From the NCBI GenBank assembly GCA_030673645.1, contig DAOVIO010000003.1, forward strand, positions 2,779 through 66,778: 64,000 bases of DNA, given 5' to 3'. A model generated the notes under the pieces. It was not told where the DNA came from, searched no databases, and was given only the letters and a program-made list of their open reading frames with translations. The position numbers and the translations under genes are program-made. Positions 37,798 to 48,902 of the stretch are shown in pieces. Position 1 is the stretch's first letter. Each line of letters opens with the position of its first letter. The stretch is from Bacteroidales bacterium (lineage in GTDB: Bacteria; Bacteroidota; Bacteroidia; Bacteroidales; GCA-2748055).

Positions 37798-39007
37798 AAT
37801 TATCTTCCTCCTATTGCTAGCAACTAGCATTAAGGGTATTGGACAAAGACTTCCTGATGAGTATCTATTATCTGGCATGGCGATGTATGAAAGAGATATA
37901 AAAGATTCATCATTGATATATTTCAAAAAATCTTTGGAAATCAAGCCCGATAATTCTGACTCTCATTTTTATCTTGGAAAGTTATATTTTGATATGAATA
38001 ACAATTCTGAGGCTATTAAACATTTTCTCTTTGTTGAAAAGAAACAAACTGGGCGAGCTTCTTTTATGCTGGTTAAGGCTTATGCCCAAATAGGAGAAAT
38101 TGAGAAGGCAATAGAATTTCTTGAGATTCATTTAAGATCTAATTACAAACTCCCTGAGAGTAAAATATTTTTGGATCCAGTGATTCAAAAACTTGAAAAT
38201 AATGGTTTATGGATTGATTTCTGGAAGAACAATAATTCATATTCAGGATTTGACGAGGCAATAGCTTCAATAAACTACTTAATAAAAACTAAAGAATATC
38301 TTGAAGCTATCAATTTAATAACTGAAAGTTTGAAAAAAGCTTATCGAAAGCCTCCCCTTCTGGCATTAAGAGCGGAAATTTATGATATGCTTGAAAATTA
38401 TAGTCTCGCGATTGAAGATTTGAATAATGCTATCCCAGGTGATAAAAGAAATCCAGAGTTATATATTTTCAGAGCAAAAGTTCTAATGAAGGAGCATAAA
38501 TATAAAGCTGCACTTAAAGATCTTGATATTGCCTTGAAGTATACACCCGAAAATTTTAGTATTTATCCCTTAAGAGCTATGGCTGAGCAAAAGTCTGGTT
38601 TTTTAGAACGCGCCCAATCGGACATGAACTTTTATCTAAGATATTTTCCTGAAGATGATAATGCATGGTATGGTTTTGGTGAAATATACAAATCAGAAGG
38701 TCTCTACTTCGATGCCTTAAAATGCTTTAATAAATGTCTTAGCTTAGATAAAACTAAATCTGAGTATTATTTATCCAGAGGTGAAACATATTTTAATACG
38801 CGAACTTTCAAGTATGCAAATAATGATCTTGCAATGGCTCTCGATTTGGATCCGCGGAATGCAAAGGCATATTTCATTAAGGGCCAAACAAGTCTCAAGC
38901 TAGGTGATAAGGATCATGCATGTTATTGTTTTCAGAAAGCATTTGAATACGGGATGAGGGAATCATATAATGAGATGATTAAAAATTGTCCGCCAGAAAA
39001 TAACTAG
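37781..39007 (+). CDS. tetratricopeptide repeat protein (secreted)
   Basis: Signal peptide MKLNFKIIFLLLLATS and multiple TPR units. The track ORF begins at 37757. Confidence 0.75.
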   Translation: MKLNFKIIFLLLLATSIKGIGQRLPDEYLLSGMAMYERDIKDSSLIYFKKSLEIKPDNSDSHFYLGKLYFDMNNNSEAIKHFLFVEKKQTGRASFMLVKAYAQIGEIEKAIEFLEIHLRSNYKLPESKIFLDPVIQKLENNGLWIDFWKNNNSYSGFDEAIASINYLIKTKEYLEAINLITESLKKAYRKPPLLALRAEIYDMLENYSLAIEDLNNAIPGDKRNPELYIFRAKVLMKEHKYKAALKDLDIALKYTPENFSIYPLRAMAEQKSGFLERAQSDMNFYLRYFPEDDNAWYGFGEIYKSEGLYFDALKCFNKCLSLDKTKSEYYLSRGETYFNTRTFKYANNDLAMALDLDPRNAKAYFIKGQTSLKLGDKDHACYCFQKAFEYGMRESYNEMIKNCPPENN

Positions 39008-39009
39008 AA

Positions 39010-39561
39010 ATGGAGACAAGAGGAACAGAAATTACTGTCAAAGAATGGATCAAAAGGCTTCAATCTGAAGATGATATTTTAGTTAAGAAAACTATTACTG
39101 AGTTAAGAGATAAAGGAAGTAATGAATTAATCCCAGAATTAGGAAATCTTCTTAAAAACAAAGCTACTGAAGAAATTTCTACTTCAGTAATAAGCTTCTT
39201 CAGGGATCTTAAGCTTCAGGACAGCGTTCCTGCGTTTGTGCAAGTGCTAAAAGAAAGTAAAGAGTTACCTGAATTCTCCTCCTTAGTTTCTGCCGCCTGG
39301 GAAAATGGACTCGATTATTCAGAACATCTGGAGTTCTTTATTAATCTGATTCTTGATGAAGATTTTATCATAGCAATGGAATCCTTCACTGTTGTAGAAG
39401 AGAATGTAGAAAATCTTAATCAGCAAAAGAGAATTCAATTCAGCAAATATATTACTAAAAGAATGAAGTTTGTTTCTGAAGATAAAGCAAGCTTAGTGAA
39501 AGAATTGCTTTCTATAGTAGATATTGCACCTGGACCTTTCAGTCTGGACGAATCAGAATAA
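39010..39561 (+). CDS. hypothetical protein (helical-repeat, HEAT-like)
   Basis: ORF tightly packed after the TPR gene. Its sequence suggests an all-helical fold. No family recognised. Confidence 0.5.
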   Translation: METRGTEITVKEWIKRLQSEDDILVKKTITELRDKGSNELIPELGNLLKNKATEEISTSVISFFRDLKLQDSVPAFVQVLKESKELPEFSSLVSAAWENGLDYSEHLEFFINLILDEDFIIAMESFTVVEENVENLNQQKRIQFSKYITKRMKFVSEDKASLVKELLSIVDIAPGPFSLDESE

Positions 39562-39576
39562 TTTCTAAAGGGGATC

Positions 39577-40554
39577 TCAATGTAAATTAGAGAAATATTT
39601 CATAAACTGAGATCTTTCATATACTAGAGGATCATTTAAATTCGAATAATTCATTTTACCCCTGAAGTCGTCAATAGATTTATATTTATTAGTTAACATC
39701 CATGTTTCCAGCTTATCAATCAAATCTGTTAGGTACTCAACACCATTTTTATATAGAACAGAACAGATTTGAACTGTAGTTGCTCCTGCCAATAATAATT
39801 TAATTACTGCCTCGCCAGAATGAACACCGGTTGATGCTGCTATATTCATTTCTGGAACTTCACCTGAGACTATACCTGTCCAACGAAGTGTATTTCTAAG
39901 ATCAGAAGGTGAACTGAAAACTTCAGAGCTAACCATTGTCATATCATCCAAATCAATATCGGGAGAATAAAAGCGGTTAAACATAACAACGCCATCAGCT
40001 TTTCTGAAATATAGCTGATTTACCAAATTAAGAGGATTAGTAAATTGAGATCCAATTTTTATTATTATTGGGATATTAATAAGTTCTTTTAGTTTCTCAA
40101 TAACTTCAAAATAAACAGCTTCATAATCATGTGCAGATTTATTTTTATCAAGTGGCAGAATAAACAGATTCAGTTCAAGTGCATCAGCCCCAGCCTCTTC
40201 AATGCGGCTCGCAAAGTTGACCCACTCACCAGAAGAAACACAATTAATACTGGCAATAATTGGTATCTGGACAGCCTTTTTTGCACTTCGGATTAATTCA
40301 AGATATTCCCCAACAGAATTTTCTTTTGAATACCTCTTAACATAATCGTAAGCTTCAGGATAATCGGATGTATCAGCCAAGGCATCAACATCAAACATTA
40401 TCTGCTCCTCAAATAAAGATTTAATTACTACTGCACCAGCACCAAGAGAGTCAAACTTTCTGATGCGATCTAGTGAACTAGTAAGTCCAGAGCTACTTAT
40501 AATAAATGGATTCCTGAGTTTAAGACCTGCATAAGTAGTATTTAAGTTTGCCAT
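39577..40554 (-). CDS. dihydroorotate dehydrogenase-like protein (class 1 DHOD/DHPD fold)
   Basis: MANLNTTYAGLKLRNPFIISSSGLT... TIM-barrel flavoenzyme pattern. The track ORF extends to 40590. Confidence 0.75.
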   Translation of the reverse strand: MANLNTTYAGLKLRNPFIISSSGLTSSLDRIRKFDSLGAGAVVIKSLFEEQIMFDVDALADTSDYPEAYDYVKRYSKENSVGEYLELIRSAKKAVQIPIIASINCVSSGEWVNFASRIEEAGADALELNLFILPLDKNKSAHDYEAVYFEVIEKLKELINIPIIIKIGSQFTNPLNLVNQLYFRKADGVVMFNRFYSPDIDLDDMTMVSSEVFSSPSDLRNTLRWTGIVSGEVPEMNIAASTGVHSGEAVIKLLLAGATTVQICSVLYKNGVEYLTDLIDKLETWMLTNKYKSIDDFRGKMNYSNLNDPLVYERSQFMKYFSNLH

Positions 40555-40564
40555 TTTTTCCTTA

Positions 40565-41242
40565 TTAGTTAGTGTAATTTCTAATTCCAAATATCAAGCT
40601 ACCTATTCTTATTATTGTGGAACCTTCATCCAATGCAACTAAATAATCATCTGACATACCCATAGATAATTCTTTAAAATGAGTATTGTTTTTAAAATGT
40701 TTCTCTTTTATCTCTTCAAAAATAAGTTTTAGATTCCTGAATTCCTCTTTCACCTGAATAAAATTATCAGTAAAAGTTGCCATCCCCATCAATCCTGAGA
40801 TAATAACACTCCCAAACTCTTCCTTTTTCAGCTCATCAAGAAAAAACGGCAATTCCTCCTCGCTTAAGCCAAACTTTGTTTCTTCCTGTGCTATGTGAAC
40901 CTGAATAAGACAGTTTATCTTTCGATTATTCCTTACTGCCTCTTTATTTATTGTCCTGAGGAGTTTCAAACTATCGACTGCATGGATTAAATTAACAAAA
41001 GGAGCTATATATTTTACTTTATTAGATTGAAGATGTCCAATCATGTGCCATTCAATATCATCAGGAAGGTTCTCTGCTTTTCTTACAAGTTCTTGAACCT
41101 TATTTTCACCAAAAATTCGCTGACCCTCATCGTACAATTTTAAAATCTCCTCTTCAGGCTTGGTTTTCGAAACAGCAACAAGCTTTATCTCAGAAGTTAA
41201 TTGTTTTCTAAACTCCAGATATTTTTCTTTTGTCTCAGACAT
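40565..41242 (-). CDS. yggS: YggS family pyridoxal-phosphate homeostasis protein
   Basis: VAVSKTKP (PLP Lys), GENKVQEL, WHMIGHLQSNKVKYI. Confidence 0.85.
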   Translation of the reverse strand: MSETKEKYLEFRKQLTSEIKLVAVSKTKPEEEILKLYDEGQRIFGENKVQELVRKAENLPDDIEWHMIGHLQSNKVKYIAPFVNLIHAVDSLKLLRTINKEAVRNNRKINCLIQVHIAQEETKFGLSEEELPFFLDELKKEEFGSVIISGLMGMATFTDNFIQVKEEFRNLKLIFEEIKEKHFKNNTHFKELSMGMSDDYLVALDEGSTIIRIGSLIFGIRNYTN

Positions 41243-41372
41243 GAATCAAAATTAAATAAATATGAGAGAAAATGAATCTGAATAGGTCAATGTTTTTTTT
41301 CCAGATCCTCTCCAACTTTCTTTGACCTGTAAATTTACAAATACCTTAAAATGATCCAATTAATCCAAGCCT

Positions 41373-42620
41373 CTAATCTAATGAATGAATAACCAGGCCG
41401 CTTCGGAGTTTTGGTTCAAACCATGTTGTTTTTGGGGGCATAATATTACCAGTATCAGCAATATCCATTAATTGCTTCATAGAAACAGGATAAAGAGCAA
41501 ATGCAACTTCCATTTCACCAGAATCAACCCGTCTTTTTAATTCCTTTAAGCCTCGGATACCGCCAACAAAATCAATACGTTTTGATTTCCTTAAATCTGC
41601 AATATCGAGTAAGGGTTCTAAAATAGCTTCAGATAAAACATTCACATCAAGACTACGAATTGGATCGTTATCGTCATAAGTATCCTGATTTGCTGTCAAT
41701 GAATACCAATTCCCATCGAGATACATGGAAAAATTATGAAAAGAATCCGGTTTATAAATTTCCTCTCCTTTCAGAGTAATGATGAAATTCTTGCTCAATT
41801 CTTCAACGAATTCTTTCTTAGTTAGTCCATTTAAATCTTTTACTAGTCTGTTGTAATCAATAATTGTGAGCTGACCGGCAGGGAAAAGAACTGTAAGAAA
41901 ATAATTATACTCTTCTTTACCAGTATGGTTTGGATTATTTTTCTTTCTTTCATTTCCAACAAGCGCAGCAGCGGCAGTTCTATGGTGTCCATCGGCTACA
42001 TATGTATATTTCACTTCATTAGCAAAGATCTCTTCAATTGTTCTGATTGTTTCCTTTTCATCGATAAGCCAAAAATGATGACCAATTCCATCTTCTGTCG
42101 AAAAGTCATATTCAGCTTTTGATTTAACCACCTCAGCTACTATTGCGTCCAGGTCTTTATGATCAGGATAGGCAAAAAACACAGGTTCTGCATTAAATCC
42201 TGAAACACGAATATGATTCATCCGGTCTTCTTCTTTATCTGGACGAGTTAATTCATGCTTCTTAATAATATCATTCATGTAATCCTCAACTGCTGAGCAA
42301 CCTACAATTCCATATTGAGTTTTACCAAACATTGTTTGTGCGTATACATACAGAAAATCCTCTTTATCCATAAAGAACATTTCATTGTCAATAAGCTGTT
42401 CAAGATTCTCTTTTGCTTTATTGTATACCTGATCCGAATGTAAATCCACATCTTCCGGCAGATCAACCTCCGGTTTTACAACATGCAAAAATGAATAAGG
42501 ATTATCTTTTACTTCATCTCTGGCTTCGGAGGAATTAAGTACATCATAAGGCCGTGAAGCAACCTGATTTACAAATTCCTTTTTTGGTCTATAGCCCTTA
42601 AATGATTTTAGTATTGCCAT
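41373..42620 (-). CDS. DUF1015 domain-containing protein
   Basis: The N-terminal pattern MAILKSFKGYRPKKEFVNQVASRPYDVLNSSEAR and the 415-aa length are typical of DUF1015. Adjacent to serA-serC. Confidence 0.8.
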   Translation of the reverse strand: MAILKSFKGYRPKKEFVNQVASRPYDVLNSSEARDEVKDNPYSFLHVVKPEVDLPEDVDLHSDQVYNKAKENLEQLIDNEMFFMDKEDFLYVYAQTMFGKTQYGIVGCSAVEDYMNDIIKKHELTRPDKEEDRMNHIRVSGFNAEPVFFAYPDHKDLDAIVAEVVKSKAEYDFSTEDGIGHHFWLIDEKETIRTIEEIFANEVKYTYVADGHHRTAAAALVGNERKKNNPNHTGKEEYNYFLTVLFPAGQLTIIDYNRLVKDLNGLTKKEFVEELSKNFIITLKGEEIYKPDSFHNFSMYLDGNWYSLTANQDTYDDNDPIRSLDVNVLSEAILEPLLDIADLRKSKRIDFVGGIRGLKELKRRVDSGEMEVAFALYPVSMKQLMDIADTGNIMPPKTTWFEPKLRSGLVIHSLD

Positions 42621-42665
42621 AATAAAATATTACTTTCTGATTTTCTATCACCTTAAGATATCAAC

Positions 42666-43589
42666 TCAGAATTTATTAACCATAAATTTAATGTCTCCTT
42701 CTTCAGCAAAATTAATTATCTGAGTAGCAGCAGCAACCCCAGAATTAAGGTTTGCTTCGGCAGTTTGGGCACCCATTTTTTTAGGAGTAAAGAAGCAGCG
42801 ATCTGCATAATCACTTTCAATTTCATCTTTGTTATCGGGAGCAACATCAGAGAAATATCTGAAATCTTTTCTCACTTGAAACATTCTCAAGAGTCCGTCC
42901 TCATGAATAACTTCTTTTCTTGCGGTATTGATAATCGTAGCTCCTTCTGGCATATTCTTCAACAGATCGTAATTAATACTACCCTTTGTTTTATCGTTAG
43001 CAGGGAGGTGCAAAGAAATATACTGACATTTTGAATACAATGATTCTGCTGTTTCTTCCCACTTAACTCCGTCATTTTCAACCATTACTTTTTCAACAAA
43101 AGGATCGAAGGCATATACTTTCATTCCAAAGCCTTTCGCAATTAAACCTACTATTCTTCCTACATAACCATAAGCATGAATACCAATCTTCTTACCTCTC
43201 AATTCAACACCGGCTGCACCGGAATATCTTTGGCGATTCATTAATATCATCATCCCAAAAACAAGCTCAGCGACAGCATTGGAATTCTGACCCGGTGTAT
43301 TCATTACAACAATTTTCTTAGCTGTTGCTGCTTGTAAATCGACATTGTCATATCCTGCTCCTGCTCTTACAATAATTTTCAGTTTATTGCCCGCCTCAAT
43401 TACTTTTTCATCAATCTTATCGCTACGTACAATAAGTGCGTCAACATCTTTTACTGCATCTAGTAAGTCTGTATGACTCTCATATTTCTCGAGTAGCAAG
43501 AATTCATTTCCTGATTCTCTTACGACTTCTCTAATACTATCAACCGCTGATTTTGAGAATGGCTTTACTGTAGCTACTAATATTTTCAT
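42666..43589 (-). CDS. serA: D-3-phosphoglycerate dehydrogenase (short form, no ACT domain) / D-2-hydroxyacid dehydrogenase
   Basis: D-isomer 2-hydroxyacid dehydrogenase fold with the NAD motif GIHAYGYVGR. Adjacent to serC. Confidence 0.8.
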   Translation of the reverse strand: MKILVATVKPFSKSAVDSIREVVRESGNEFLLLEKYESHTDLLDAVKDVDALIVRSDKIDEKVIEAGNKLKIIVRAGAGYDNVDLQAATAKKIVVMNTPGQNSNAVAELVFGMMILMNRQRYSGAAGVELRGKKIGIHAYGYVGRIVGLIAKGFGMKVYAFDPFVEKVMVENDGVKWEETAESLYSKCQYISLHLPANDKTKGSINYDLLKNMPEGATIINTARKEVIHEDGLLRMFQVRKDFRYFSDVAPDNKDEIESDYADRCFFTPKKMGAQTAEANLNSGVAAATQIINFAEEGDIKFMVNKF

Positions 43590-43601
43590 TGTGTTATAAT
43601 T

Positions 43602-44672
43602 TTAATTTTTACTTTCAAATTCCTTCATTGCATTTGTTAAAACGCCAACAGTTTCGATAGGCATGGCATTATATATTGAAGCCCTAAATCCTCCAACAGA
43701 CCGATGACCCTTAATTCCTACAATTCCTTTGGAAGTAGCAAACTCTAAAAATTCAGATTCCTTGTCCTTATAATTCTCTGACATAACAAATGTTACATTC
43801 ATTATAGAACGATCTTTTTCGTCAGCAATATTTGAAACAAACATTTTATTTCGTGCAATCTCATTATACAACAATTCAGACTTTTCAATATTTGCTTTAT
43901 ACATAACTTCTATTCCTCCCAATTGCTTATACCAACGCAGAGTATGAAGAGCAGCATATATTGATAGACATGGAGGTGTGTTAAACATTGAATCTGAATT
44001 GATATGCGTTGCATAATTCAACATAGTTGGAATATTTCTGTCAACTTTACCCAAAGCATCATTCTTGATTATTACAAAAGCTACACCTGCAGGCGCAAGG
44101 TTTTTCTGAGCTCCGCCATATATCATTATATACTTTGAAACATCCATAGGACGACTAAAAATATCAGAAGACATATCTGCTATCAGAGGTACTTTACAAT
44201 CTAAATCTTTCTTGATCTCAGTACCATAAATTGTATTGTTCGTGGTAATATGAAAATAATCAGCATCTGCCGGAACTGAATAATCCTTAGGAATATAATT
44301 ATATATTGTATTCTTTGATGAACCAACAACCTCGACTTCTCCAAAATTCTTCGCTTCTTTTATGGCTTTTGCTGCCCAGGTACCCGTATCGAGATAAGCT
44401 GCTTTTTTATTCAGAAAATTATATGGAATCATGGCAAACTGCAAACTCGCACCACCATGAAGAAAAAGAATAGAGTATCCCTCGGGAATTCCCAAAAGCT
44501 CCTTAAAAAGATCCTGAGCCTCACTCAGAATTGCCATAAAGTCTTTACTTCTGTGAGATATTTCCATCACAGACAACCCTGAACCATTCAAATTCAATAC
44601 TCCTTTAGCTGTATTTTCAATAGTATACTGAGAAAGAATTGAAGGTCCAGCAGAAAAATTATACTTTTTCAT
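43602..44672 (-). CDS. serC: 3-phosphoserine/phosphohydroxythreonine aminotransferase
   Basis: 356 aa, FSAGPSIL N-terminus, class V aminotransferase pattern, PLP-Lys region YGGAQKNL. Confidence 0.9.
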   Translation of the reverse strand: MKKYNFSAGPSILSQYTIENTAKGVLNLNGSGLSVMEISHRSKDFMAILSEAQDLFKELLGIPEGYSILFLHGGASLQFAMIPYNFLNKKAAYLDTGTWAAKAIKEAKNFGEVEVVGSSKNTIYNYIPKDYSVPADADYFHITTNNTIYGTEIKKDLDCKVPLIADMSSDIFSRPMDVSKYIMIYGGAQKNLAPAGVAFVIIKNDALGKVDRNIPTMLNYATHINSDSMFNTPPCLSIYAALHTLRWYKQLGGIEVMYKANIEKSELLYNEIARNKMFVSNIADEKDRSIMNVTFVMSENYKDKESEFLEFATSKGIVGIKGHRSVGGFRASIYNAMPIETVGVLTNAMKEFESKN

Positions 44673-44796
44673 ATTTAATATATATTAGATTTTTAATGAT
44701 GTAAAATTAAGTATTTAATTACGAATCTTAAGCACAAATACAGTAATGGTTAATAAATAATAGTTTATTGTTAATTAATTCACAAATATATCAATT

Positions 44797-45531
44797 TTAA
44801 AGCTTAACCAGATGATTTTTTCTCAGAATTGGAATAATTGAGGTTTGATTAAGTGTGTGACAATACTCAATTACATCATCCAGGTTATTCTTCTTTAATC
44901 GAGTACGTTGGGCTGCTTTTTGGATATACTCAACGAGATTATCCTTGGCAAGTAACCATAAGTCCTGAGCAGCATAGGCAGAATCACATATAGTATAGAA
45001 TTGATCTGTTTTCAATAATGCATCTACAACGGCACCAGCAAAAAGGGTGTCCTCAAGGTTAATTTTATTCTTCCATCCGGCACAGAGAATCAGAACCTCA
45101 GTATTTTCCTTTTTAAGATGATCAATAATTCCTCCAAGATTTAGAAATGCACCAACTAAAACTTGCTTTGACGAGGATGCTAGTTGAATGGCTTGTGTCC
45201 CATTAGTAGTTGAATAAACTATATCATTATCTTTTACCCTTTCAGGTGTAAAATTGAATGGAGAATTCCCAAAATCAGCAAAGTCTCTGACTATCCCATC
45301 CCTTTCAGCAGCAACCATATAACCTGAATCTTTCATCGCTTTAGCCTCTTCAAGTGTGGCAACAGGAATAATTTTTTTTGCACCGTTCATGAATGCTGCA
45401 ACAATAGCAGAAGAGGCTCTTAGAACATCGGTTACTACAGCAATAGCCTCTTTGTTTTCATAATTCTTGTACAAAGCCGGACTTAAACAAACTTCTATTT
45501 TCTTTTTATCGATCACTTTAATTATTTTCAA
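44797..45531 (-). CDS. 2-phosphosulfolactate phosphatase (ComB) family protein
   Basis: The VVTDVLRASSAIV and NGT motifs and the 244-aa length match the ComB family. Confidence 0.7.
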   Translation of the reverse strand: MKIIKVIDKKKIEVCLSPALYKNYENKEAIAVVTDVLRASSAIVAAFMNGAKKIIPVATLEEAKAMKDSGYMVAAERDGIVRDFADFGNSPFNFTPERVKDNDIVYSTTNGTQAIQLASSSKQVLVGAFLNLGGIIDHLKKENTEVLILCAGWKNKINLEDTLFAGAVVDALLKTDQFYTICDSAYAAQDLWLLAKDNLVEYIQKAAQRTRLKKNNLDDVIEYCHTLNQTSIIPILRKNHLVKL

Positions 45532-45559
45532 TTTATATTATACTCCAGGTAAATTAACA

Positions 45560-46651
45560 TTAGTTTTCTTTATAAAAAGGCATTTTCACAATAACTGCTC
45601 TAAGATCCTTATTCCTTACACGGATGATTATTTCTGTTCCAATATTTGAAAAAACAGTCTTGATATAAGCCATTCCAATACCCTTTTTAAGCATTGGGGA
45701 CATCGTTCCGGAAGTAACCTCGCCAATCTCCTCTCCATTCAAACTAAAAACTTTATAATGTTGTCTGGGAATTCCACGATCAATCATTTCGAAACCTCTC
45801 AACTTTCTATTAACACCATCTCTTTTTTGATTCTGCAGAAGCTCCTTATCAATAAAATCATTGTTTTCTGAGAATTTAGTAATCCAGCCTAATCCTGCTT
45901 CCAGGGGGGAGGTTGTTTCATTAATTTCATTTCCATAAAGACAGAATCCCATTTCAAGACGTAGAGTATCTCTGGATGCCAATCCTACTGGAAGAATACC
46001 ATATTCAGCACCCGCCTTCATAATTTTATCCCATATCTCATCTCCTTCGCTATTATAGAAATATAATTCGAATCCTCCGGCACCGGTATATCCGGTATTA
46101 GAAATAATTACCTTTTTAATTCCAGCAAATTCAATTGTTCTAAAAGTATAATAAGGAATAGTGTTCAAATCAATATCCGTTAACTTCTGTAAAGCCTTTT
46201 GAGCCATAGGTCCCTGAACGGCAAGTTGAGAAATAAGATCAGAGGCATTTTCCAACTCAGCATTTATAGTATTACATTTCTGAACCCACTCCCAATCTTT
46301 CTCAATATTAGCTCCATTTACGACCAGAAGATATTTTTCCTCCTCATATTTATAAACTAACAAATCATCTACTATTCCACCTTCCCCATTTGGAAAACAG
46401 GAGTATTGTATCCTTCCCGACTCAAGTTTATCAACATCATTACTAGTAATATTTTGAACCAGATTCCTGGCATTTTTTCCTTTTACCCAAAATTCACCCA
46501 TATGGGAAACATCAAATAAACCAAGCCTTTCTCTAACATTTACATGTTCAATATTTATTCCGGAATATTCAATAGGCATATTAAAACCTACAAATTCAAC
46601 CATTCTTGCACCTGCTGCCCTGTGCTTGTCATTAAAAATCGTTGTTTTCAT
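45560..46651 (-). CDS. gcvT: glycine cleavage system aminomethyltransferase (T protein)
   Basis: [24 protein letters not shown], 363 aa. Confidence 0.9.
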   Translation of the reverse strand: MKTTIFNDKHRAAGARMVEFVGFNMPIEYSGINIEHVNVRERLGLFDVSHMGEFWVKGKNARNLVQNITSNDVDKLESGRIQYSCFPNGEGGIVDDLLVYKYEEEKYLLVVNGANIEKDWEWVQKCNTINAELENASDLISQLAVQGPMAQKALQKLTDIDLNTIPYYTFRTIEFAGIKKVIISNTGYTGAGGFELYFYNSEGDEIWDKIMKAGAEYGILPVGLASRDTLRLEMGFCLYGNEINETTSPLEAGLGWITKFSENNDFIDKELLQNQKRDGVNRKLRGFEMIDRGIPRQHYKVFSLNGEEIGEVTSGTMSPMLKKGIGMAYIKTVFSNIGTEIIIRVRNKDLRAVIVKMPFYKEN

Positions 46652-46814
46652 TAAAAATCATTTTACATTTAGAATAATAGGAGGACAATGAAATCCAGAT
46701 TTCCATGACAAAAGTATTTTATTTTTAGCAGATAAAAACTTGTTTAATAGCAGAGTCGTCGAAATAAAATTATCCAACAACACCTATAAAAAATGAAACA
46801 AATGTTTTGGTCTA

Positions 46815-48902
46815 TTACTTTGAAAGGACCTTAAATTCTACTCTTCTGTTCTTCTCTCTACCTTCCTCGGTATCATTAGGTGAGATAGGTTGAGTAAAGG
46901 CATATCCTTTTGACTCGAGTCGGGAAGAATTAATTCCTTGAGAAACAATATAATCTACAACGGCCTTTGCTCTTTCTTTAGAAATCCTTGTATTAACCTT
47001 AAGAGAGCCAGTATTATCTGTATGACCAGATATTTCAAGTCTAATTGTTTCGTTATTTTCCAGAAACTTAATAACCTGATTTAATTGTTCATAAGAATCG
47101 GTTTTAAGAGTTGATTTACTGGTCTCAAAATATATATTCTCTAGAACAACTTTGGTTCCAACTTCTATCTTATCTAAACGGAAATCTACTACCATTGGCT
47201 CGTCTGCTGAAGCTTTTGTCATATCTACTACATCGAGGTAAAAGAGATAATCTTTCACCACGACTTCAACACCATAATTCTTCCCTTCTGCGAATTTGAC
47301 TTTATATAAACCGCTATCGGCAGAAATAGCTGTAGCTGCCACTGTTGATTTGTCGATATCAATGAATTCTAGTTTACCGAATAATCCTTCCCCTGTTTCA
47401 TTATCAATGAGTTTACCAGTAAGATAGAAAAATGAGTCAATCGCAATTGTTTCTGGAAGTGAGTAAAAACCTTTCTTTATAGTATCAGGAATGCCTGCAA
47501 TCAGAATATCCTCAATACTTAACATAAGCTCTTTTTCAGAACCTAAGAATGTTATTTTGTAAATATCTTTACCGCCAAAACCTCCATTTCTTATTGTTGA
47601 GTAATAGGCATAATTTCCATTTTCAGGTATAGAAAAAAACAAATCATTATCAGGTGTATTAATTGGGTATCCCATATTCTCAGGATCTGACCACGTTCCA
47701 TCTTCAAGTCTGTGCGTGTAGAAAATATCATATCCTCCCATTGAATTATGACCTTTTGAGGAGAAATACATTTCATTGCCTAATGGCGTAAGGAATATGC
47801 CTTCCTCATCGTACTCAGTATTAATCAAACTACCCATACTTACAGGATCATTCCACTTCCCTCCTTCATCCAAAGTACTGTACAGGATATCTTTACCCCC
47901 TTTGGTAATTTCTATATTTGCTGAAATATAATATAGAGTATCCAATGTTGAATTAAAAAACACACTACCTTCTGCTTGTTCACTTCTAAGATTTTTTTGC
48001 ATTTTCTTTGGTGATTTCCATATGTCTTTTGTTGGATGATGTTCAGATATCACAACATCTCCTCCATGTTTTCCTCCACTATATATATACAGTTTATCTC
48101 CTCCCGAAGCTAAACCCACCAATGCTTCATTGCTTGAAGTATTTATTTTTCCAGGTAATGGAACTGCTTTTGACCAGACACCATTCATATCAAGTTCTGA
48201 ATAAAATATATCCTCGAAAAACTTATTATCATATGGATTTCTCACATCTTTCTTTCCTTGCGATCTTCTGGAAGTAAAATATATGGATGAGCCATCCTTA
48301 TTGAAAATAGAAAAATAATCGTCAGAATTTGAATTAATACTATCTCCCATATTGGAAATTATCACCCTTAATGGATTTTCAATCAATTCTTTTCCACTTT
48401 TACATTCCTTTACCAATTTATCTATTTTGATCACATCATTAATAAGTCCAAGAGATGAAGCCTTTTTTCTATAACTTTGATAATGTTCTATAGCTTTATC
48501 AAAATCCATAACCATATGGTAGGCACTGCCTAAATGAAACTCTATTTTAGGATGAAGATCAGGGGCTACATTAAATGCCTTTCTCAAATATTGCAAAGCA
48601 TCATATTTATCATCAGTATATAAATAACAAATCCCAATTCTATAATTCAGAATTGTATTTTCACTATTGTATTGGTGTGCAAAAAGAAAATGATCTCTGG
48701 CAATTGGATACGTTCCAATTCCTTCCTCAAAATAAACCTCGGCAAGCCTTAAACTTTTCCATGCTTCCTTTAAACCTTCCTCTTGTTCGGTTTTAAAATC
48801 TTTCTTTTTAATTCTCAATTCAAATTCATCTTCTTCCTTTTGGGAAAAAACAGAAAACTCAATCAAAAAAAGAAATACGAATAAACTTACTATGGATTTC
48901 AT
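46815..48902 (-). CDS. OmpA family protein with TPR and TolB-like beta-propeller repeats
   Basis: Signal peptide MKSIVSLFVFLF (the track ORF begins at 48929), a TPR region and WD40-like repeats. C-terminal OmpA domain (ISGHTDNTGS...NRRVEFKVL). Confidence 0.8.
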   Translation of the reverse strand: MKSIVSLFVFLFLIEFSVFSQKEEDEFELRIKKKDFKTEQEEGLKEAWKSLRLAEVYFEEGIGTYPIARDHFLFAHQYNSENTILNYRIGICYLYTDDKYDALQYLRKAFNVAPDLHPKIEFHLGSAYHMVMDFDKAIEHYQSYRKKASSLGLINDVIKIDKLVKECKSGKELIENPLRVIISNMGDSINSNSDDYFSIFNKDGSSIYFTSRRSQGKKDVRNPYDNKFFEDIFYSELDMNGVWSKAVPLPGKINTSSNEALVGLASGGDKLYIYSGGKHGGDVVISEHHPTKDIWKSPKKMQKNLRSEQAEGSVFFNSTLDTLYYISANIEITKGGKDILYSTLDEGGKWNDPVSMGSLINTEYDEEGIFLTPLGNEMYFSSKGHNSMGGYDIFYTHRLEDGTWSDPENMGYPINTPDNDLFFSIPENGNYAYYSTIRNGGFGGKDIYKITFLGSEKELMLSIEDILIAGIPDTIKKGFYSLPETIAIDSFFYLTGKLIDNETGEGLFGKLEFIDIDKSTVAATAISADSGLYKVKFAEGKNYGVEVVVKDYLFYLDVVDMTKASADEPMVVDFRLDKIEVGTKVVLENIYFETSKSTLKTDSYEQLNQVIKFLENNETIRLEISGHTDNTGSLKVNTRISKERAKAVVDYIVSQGINSSRLESKGYAFTQPISPNDTEEGREKNRRVEFKVLSK

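Noticed and set aside
46652-46814. Possible glycine riboswitch upstream of gcvT
   Set aside because: I read the minus-strand leader and found none of the conserved glycine-riboswitch elements (GGAGAG...ACCG cores). There is only a short palindrome (GAAATCTGGATTTC) of uncertain meaning.
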